Part shown: positions 59,083 to 64,000 of the stretch, in pieces | Numbering within the stretch: the first letter of the stretch is position 1 | Layout of the letters: each line of letters opens with the position of its first letter | DNA from: an uncultured Chloroflexia bacterium | GTDB taxonomy: Bacteria; Chloroflexota; Limnocylindria; Limnocylindrales; CSP1-4 | Length of the DNA stretch: 64,000 nucleotides | Assembly (NCBI GenBank): GCA_963819655.1 | Contig: CAWFXA010000002.1 | Location: 1,632,001 to 1,696,000, forward strand | Direction of reading: 5' to 3' | The notes under the pieces: model-generated | Told to the model about the DNA's origin: nothing | The model's database searches: none | The model's input: the letters and a program-made list of their open reading frames with translations, nothing else | Position numbers and translations under genes: made by a program

Positions 59083-59756
59083 CTCATGACGGCCGCCGGC
59101 CGGCCATCCTTGCCATCGACACCGCGACGACCCGCATCGTGATCGCGACGGGCTCGCCGGCGGGCGTCGCTGACGGGATCTCGACCTGGCCCGCCGGGCA
59201 CCGCCACGGCGAGACGCTGCTGCCCTCGATCGCCCGGTTCCTGGGCGAACAGAACATACGACGATCGCGGCTCAGCGGTATCGTCGTCGGCACGGGGCCG
59301 GGCGCGTTCACCGGGCTGCGGGTGGGCATCGCCACCGCCAAGGGGCTGGCGCATGGGCTGGGCATCCCCATCGCTGGGGTCTCGACCGCCGAGGCGCTGC
59401 TCGCCGCAGCGGGCGTCCAGAAGGCCGTGCTTCTGCTCCCCGCCGGGCCGTCCGACCGACTGATCGTGCGCCCCGGTCGCCACGCTGAGCCACTGCCGGC
59501 AGGGGCCGAGCCCATGCTCGATGCGTCGGAGACGCTGGTCGCTCTCGATCTCGAGGGCCGTGCGCCGACCGAAGCCCTTGAGCGGGGCGAGCACGCCCGT
59601 GCCAGGCTCGGACACGAGCTCATCAGGCTCGGCGCCGATCGGCTGCGGGTAGCGGGGCCGAGCGAGCTCGAGACGCTCGTGCCCGATTACGTCACGTTGC
59701 CGCGCGGGGTCCGCGCCGCAGATGGATCGATCGTATGGTCGCGCGACCACCTGTAA
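59079..59756 (+). CDS. tsaB: t6A biosynthesis protein TsaB
   Basis: LAIDTAT and GPGAFTGLRVG motifs. Confidence 0.94.
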   Translation: MTHDGRRPAILAIDTATTRIVIATGSPAGVADGISTWPAGHRHGETLLPSIARFLGEQNIRRSRLSGIVVGTGPGAFTGLRVGIATAKGLAHGLGIPIAGVSTAEALLAAAGVQKAVLLLPAGPSDRLIVRPGRHAEPLPAGAEPMLDASETLVALDLEGRAPTEALERGEHARARLGHELIRLGADRLRVAGPSELETLVPDYVTLPRGVRAADGSIVWSRDHL

Positions 59757-60346
59757 GGATCGTCATCGAGCCGATGCGGCTCGAGGACCTGACGGCCGTC
59801 CACGCGATCGAGCTCGCGAGCTTCGCCGCGCCGTGGCCGCCACACGCCTACCGCAGCGAGCTCGAGTCGAACCGCCTCGCCCACTATCTGGTCGCCCGGG
59901 CGGGTGACGCGGTCGCGGCATACGGCGGCATGTGGCTGATGGTCGACGAGGCGCACATCACGACGTTTGCGGTCCACCCGGCGTGGCGCCGTCAGCGCAT
60001 CGGGGAGCGCCTGTTGCTGGCCTTCCTCGACCTCGCCATCGACCGCCGCGCCCACGAGGCGACGCTCGAGGTTCGGCTGTCGAACCTGGCCGCCCGCAAG
60101 CTCTACGAGAAGTACGGGTTCCGGCCGGTCGGCCTGCGGCCGCGCTACTACACCGACGATCACGAAGACGCCCTGATCATGACGACCTTGCCGCTCGACG
60201 ACGCGGCCATGCGCGTCCGGATCGAGCGGCTGCGCACCGAGCTCGACGCGTCGCCCGCGCCGACCGAGCCAGCACCCTCGACCGAGCTCGAGGCGCCGAC
60301 CGAGACGGAGGCGCCGACCGATCCCCACGTGGACCACGGCGGGTGA
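59735..60346 (+). CDS. rimI: ribosomal protein S18 N-acetyltransferase RimI
   Basis: EAHITTFAV, TLEVRLSN..ARKLYEKYGF and YY..EDALIM motifs. Confidence 0.93.
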   Translation: MVARPPVRIVIEPMRLEDLTAVHAIELASFAAPWPPHAYRSELESNRLAHYLVARAGDAVAAYGGMWLMVDEAHITTFAVHPAWRRQRIGERLLLAFLDLAIDRRAHEATLEVRLSNLAARKLYEKYGFRPVGLRPRYYTDDHEDALIMTTLPLDDAAMRVRIERLRTELDASPAPTEPAPSTELEAPTETEAPTDPHVDHGG

Positions 60347-61416
60347 GCGGGCCGCTCCTGCTGGCGATCGAATCGTCGTGCGATGAGACGGGCATCGCGC
60401 TCGTCGAGGATGGTCGGCGCATCCTCAGCAACGTGGTCGCATCACAGGTCGCGCTCCACGCGCCGATGGGTGGGATCGTGCCCGAGCTCGCGGCCCGCGC
60501 GCACCTTCGTTGGATCGTCCCCACGCTCGACGAGGCGTGGGCGACGGCCGGCGTCGACTGGCGCGATATCGACGGCATCGCCGTCACGTACGGGCCCGGG
60601 CTGGCCGGATCGCTCCTGGTCGGGATCAATTTCGCCAAGGCGCTGTCATGGGTGCACGACACGCCGCTGATCGGGGTCAACCACCTCGAGGGGCACGTCT
60701 ACGCGGCGTGGCTATACGATCCGGGCGAAGATGTGGCCTCGAAGCCGGAGCCGGTCTTCCCGCTCGTCGCGCTGGTCGTGTCGGGCGGTCACACGTTCCT
60801 CGCGGAGATGACCGATCACCTGACGTACCGGCTGCTGGGCACGACCGTGGACGACGCCGCGGGCGAGGCATTCGACAAGGTCGGGCGGCTGCTCGGCCTC
60901 GGCTACCCGGGCGGTCCGGCGATCCAGCGCGCGGCCGAGGACGCGGTCCGGCGGGACATCCGGTTCCCACGGGCGTGGATGGGCGACTCGTACGACTTCA
61001 GCTTCTCCGGCCTGAAGACCGCGGCTCGCCGGATCGTCGCCGACGCGCGGTCCGCGGAAGGCCTGCCGCCGGACGACACGACCACGCCGTTGTCCGCGGC
61101 CACGACAGCCGAGCTTGCGTGGGGTTTCCAGGAGGCCGTGGTCGACGTGCTCGCGACGAAGACCGCGCGGGCGGCGCGCGAGATCGGCGCTCGCTCGATC
61201 GTCCTCGGCGGGGGCGTGGCCGCGAACAGCTGCCTGCGGGAGCGCCTGGCCGCGGAGGCGGGTGAGCTCGGTCTGCCGCTGATCGTGCCGCGACCCGGTC
61301 TGTGTACCGACAACGGCGCGATGATCGGGGCTGCCGGGGCACGTCGCTTCGAGGCGGGGGAGCGAGCCGGTCTCGACCTCGACGCCCGTCCGTCGTTGCC
61401 GCTGGCACAGCGATGA
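60343..61416 (+). CDS. tsaD: t6A threonylcarbamoyltransferase TsaD
   Basis: AIESSCDET, NHLEGH, VSGGHT, GEAFDKV and CTDNGAMI motifs. Confidence 0.97.
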   Translation: MSGPLLLAIESSCDETGIALVEDGRRILSNVVASQVALHAPMGGIVPELAARAHLRWIVPTLDEAWATAGVDWRDIDGIAVTYGPGLAGSLLVGINFAKALSWVHDTPLIGVNHLEGHVYAAWLYDPGEDVASKPEPVFPLVALVVSGGHTFLAEMTDHLTYRLLGTTVDDAAGEAFDKVGRLLGLGYPGGPAIQRAAEDAVRRDIRFPRAWMGDSYDFSFSGLKTAARRIVADARSAEGLPPDDTTTPLSAATTAELAWGFQEAVVDVLATKTARAAREIGARSIVLGGGVAANSCLRERLAAEAGELGLPLIVPRPGLCTDNGAMIGAAGARRFEAGERAGLDLDARPSLPLAQR

Positions 61417-61456
61417 GCCCGCGGCTCGCGAGCCGGTCCCCCGCGAGTCCCGGACC

Positions 61457-62338
61457 ATGAGCCCGTCCGCCGCGATAGACGCCGCCCAGGTCCGTGCCAC
61501 ATTACGAGCGGCCGGCCTTCGCGCCCGCCATGCGCTGTCGCAGAATTTCCTGGCGGACCCAGATGTGCTCTCCGCGATCCTCGACGAGGCCGACCCGCGA
61601 CCGGGCACCCGCGTCCTGGAGATCGGTCCAGGGCTCGGGCTGCTGACCGGCGGTCTGCTCGACGCGGGCGCAGCGGTGACGGCAGTCGAGCTCGATCGTG
61701 GACTCGCGGCGTTCCTGCGCGAGCAATTCGAGCCGGCTCTCGAGGCCGGACAGCTGGCGCTCGTCGAAGGCGATGCCCTCGACCAGGACCTCGTCCGGCT
61801 CATCCCCGAGCCGTACGACGTCGTCGCGAACCTGCCGTACCACATCACGTCGCCGATCCTGCACGCGTTGCTCGGGGCAGCGCCGCGACCGCGCCGGCTC
61901 GTTCTGATGGTCCAGCGCGAGGTCGCGGAGCGGATCGCCGCCCCGGCCGGGAAGATGAGCTACCTGTCGGTGTTCGTGCAGTACCACGCTCGGGTCCGGA
62001 TCGCGTTCAATGTGCCGCCCGAGGCGTTCGAGCCGGAACCGGCCGTGGAGTCCGCCGTCATCGTGGTGGAGCCGTATGACGCCGACGACCGCCTCGGCCC
62101 GGACGATGAGGACCAGCTGTGGCGGCTGGTGCAGGCGGCATTCCGTGAGCGGCGAAAGATGATCCACAACGTGCTCGCGCGGCAGCTCCCCGTCGACGCG
62201 GGGCGCGTGGCGGCCGCCCTGGAGGCAGCGGGCATCGCACCGGACCGACGTCCGCAGACGCTCGCGGTCGGCGAATGGCTCGTGCTGCGCGAGGCGCTCG
62301 GGCCGATCGGCCAGGATCGACGAGGCCGTCGGGAGTGA
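61457..62338 (+). CDS. rsmA: 16S rRNA dimethyladenosine transferase RsmA/KsgA
   Basis: QNFL, LEIGPGLG, ANLPYHITSP and MVQREVAER motifs. Confidence 0.96.
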   Translation: MSPSAAIDAAQVRATLRAAGLRARHALSQNFLADPDVLSAILDEADPRPGTRVLEIGPGLGLLTGGLLDAGAAVTAVELDRGLAAFLREQFEPALEAGQLALVEGDALDQDLVRLIPEPYDVVANLPYHITSPILHALLGAAPRPRRLVLMVQREVAERIAAPAGKMSYLSVFVQYHARVRIAFNVPPEAFEPEPAVESAVIVVEPYDADDRLGPDDEDQLWRLVQAAFRERRKMIHNVLARQLPVDAGRVAAALEAAGIAPDRRPQTLAVGEWLVLREALGPIGQDRRGRRE

Positions 62339-63339
62339 GCCCGGCTGGGCCGGAGTCCGTCCACCTGACGCCGGTCGTCCGGCTGGCGCCGGCCAAGCTC
62401 AACCTGACGCTCGCGGTGGTCGGGCGACGGGCAGATGGGTTCCATGACCTCCATTCGGTGTTCGTGCCGCTCGCCCTGCACGACGTGCTGACCCTCGCGC
62501 CGTCGGGACCCGCTGGACGCGTCGACACGCTCCACGTCAGCGGCCTCGACGCCGGCCCGACCGACGACAACCTGGTGCTCCGGGCGATCGCCGCGGTCCG
62601 GGACGCGATCGGCGCCGGGCCAGGGCGCCCGCCGACGCCGGCGCTCGCTGCCCGTCTCGAGAAGCGGATCCCGGTCGCGGCCGGGCTGGGCGGCGGTTCG
62701 TCCGATGCGGCAGCCGCCTTCGATGGCGCTCTCGAGGCGTGGGGGGTCGATGATCTCGACGCGGGCCGGCGTCTCGCGGCCGGCGCAGGGGTCGGCTCGG
62801 ACGTGCCGTTCTTCCTGGCGGGCGGGCCGGCCCTGGTCGAAGGCCGCGGCGAGCGGGTGACGCCCCTGACCGGTGTGCACGGCCACCCCGGCGTCCTCCT
62901 GGTCACGCCCCGCATCACGGTCCGGACGGCGGACGTCTTCGCCGTGTTCGACGGGGCCCGCGGCACCGGCGACGGCTCGGTCAGGATGACGTCCGCGCAC
63001 CTCGCCCAGGAGCTGGGCAACGGGTTGTCCACGACCGATCTCATCGCTCGGGCGGGTGTGCTCGCGTCGGCCAACGATCTGCTCGCGGCGGCGATCCTGG
63101 TGGTCCCTGAGCTGGTCGGCGTCCGCCGCGCGCTCACGCGCGTGCTGGGTCAGCCGATCGGCATGTCCGGGTCGGGGCCGACGCTGTGGACGCTCTATCC
63201 TTCGCTCGGCGAGGCCGAAGCGGCCGCGGCGGTCGTCGCGGCGGCCGTCGATGACGGCACGATCCCATCGATCGGCGACGGTCCGCCATCGATCATCGCG
63301 ACCACCATCCGCACGGGACACGAGGGAGAGGCGACATGA
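62335..63339 (+). CDS. ispE: 4-diphosphocytidyl-2C-methyl-D-erythritol kinase
   Basis: APAKLNL, KRIPVAAGLGGGSSDAA, GSDVPFF and MSGSG motifs. Confidence 0.95.
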   Translation: MSPAGPESVHLTPVVRLAPAKLNLTLAVVGRRADGFHDLHSVFVPLALHDVLTLAPSGPAGRVDTLHVSGLDAGPTDDNLVLRAIAAVRDAIGAGPGRPPTPALAARLEKRIPVAAGLGGGSSDAAAAFDGALEAWGVDDLDAGRRLAAGAGVGSDVPFFLAGGPALVEGRGERVTPLTGVHGHPGVLLVTPRITVRTADVFAVFDGARGTGDGSVRMTSAHLAQELGNGLSTTDLIARAGVLASANDLLAAAILVVPELVGVRRALTRVLGQPIGMSGSGPTLWTLYPSLGEAEAAAAVVAAAVDDGTIPSIGDGPPSIIATTIRTGHEGEAT

Positions 63340-63719
63340 CGCGTGAGGCCATCTCGACGACGAACGCGCCGGCGGCCGTCGGGCCGTACAGCCAGGCCAT
63401 CGTGGTCGGCGATCTCGTCTTCTGCGCCGGCCAGGGCGCCATCGACCCCGTGACGCAGGACGTGCGGCACGGAACCGTGGAGGAAGAGACCGAGCGCACG
63501 CTCCAGAACCTCGGGGCGGTGCTCGACGCGGCCGGTGCGAGCTTCGCCGACGTGGTCAAGACCACGGTCTTCCTCGTCGACATCGATGACTTCGCGGCGA
63601 TGAACGGCGTGTACGCCCGGTTCTTCCCGGATCCGCCGCCGGCGCGCACGACCGTCGAAGTCGCGGCACTGCCCAAGGGCTTCAAGGTCGAGATCGAGGC
63701 GATCGCGCGGCGCCCGTAG
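63336..63719 (+). CDS. ridA: RidA family enamine/imine deaminase
   Basis: APAAVGPYSQA, VVKTTVFL, PPAR and VEIEAIA motifs. Confidence 0.92.
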   Translation: MTREAISTTNAPAAVGPYSQAIVVGDLVFCAGQGAIDPVTQDVRHGTVEEETERTLQNLGAVLDAAGASFADVVKTTVFLVDIDDFAAMNGVYARFFPDPPPARTTVEVAALPKGFKVEIEAIARRP

Positions 63720-63746
63720 CGCGGCCAGTGCGACCTCGCCCCTCGC

Positions 63747-63775
63747 TTGACGCTCCACTCAGGCGCCCATACCAT
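63747..63775 (+). promoter_or_regulatory. sigma70-type promoter upstream of glmU
   Basis: TTGACG-N17-TACCAT. Confidence 0.55.
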
Positions 63776-63902
63776 CCGGCGGACCGACTGATGAACCTAC
63801 CCTTCCGCCCGTCGGGCTTCGGATGCAGCGTGGGCGACCACCGCCCCGCGCACGCCCGGCGCCGCGCATGAACCCCCCACGTCCCGACCCTCAGGCGCAC
63901 GC

Positions 63903-64000
63903 GTGAGCGCTCGGACCGGCCGGACGACCGCCGTCGTCTTGGCCGCGGGCCTCGGCACGCGCATGAAGTCGGCCCTGCCCAAGGTCCTCCACCCACTGTG
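63903..64000 (+). CDS. glmU: GlmU (UDP-GlcNAc pyrophosphorylase), N-terminus only, truncated by window end
   Basis: GTG 63903 opens SARTGRTTAVVLAAGLGTRMKSALPKVLHPL, the GlmU signature. Confidence 0.88.
   Translation, partial: MSARTGRTTAVVLAAGLGTRMKSALPKVLHPL

Noticed and set aside
63780-63810. CTGATGAACCTAC resembling the 3' end of a fluoride riboswitch or a hammerhead core
   Set aside because: The matching 5' GATGG..TCGCC element and the hammerhead GAAA strand are absent, and glmU is not a fluoride-related gene.

Overview
A GC-rich bacterial core-genome window with every supportable gene on the + strand. The lineage is probably Chloroflexota (inferred from gene order and RNA polymerase insertions). 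Gene order: clpC(3' part)-radA-PIN/TRAM-ispDF-cysS-rlmB, tRNA Thr/Tyr/Thr, tuf-rpmG-tRNA Trp-secE-nusG-rplKAJL-rpoBC, the str, S10, spc and alpha operons, truA-rplM-rpsI, argF-TPR-cdaA-cdaR-glmM-glmS-acpS-nnrD-alr, a four-gene module of unknown function (macrodomain, small protein, GlmL/MutL-like protein, hybrid-motif/KOW-like protein), tsaE-tsaB-rimI-tsaD-rsmA-ispE-ridA and the start of glmU. The main unexplained signal is two families of short structured dispersed repeats at gene junctions. Family A (47-48 bp, 8 copies) keeps fixed ends around covarying stems. Family B (about 120-170 bp, 5 copies) is an imperfect palindrome, and one copy carries a family A unit in its loop. Several copies are read as protein (tails of S17, L30 and L5, N-terminus of AcpS). 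One supplies the only start codon of ispDF, and one lies just upstream of a truA that has no canonical start. No CRISPR array, transposase or rRNA was seen. All repeat alignments were done by eye.
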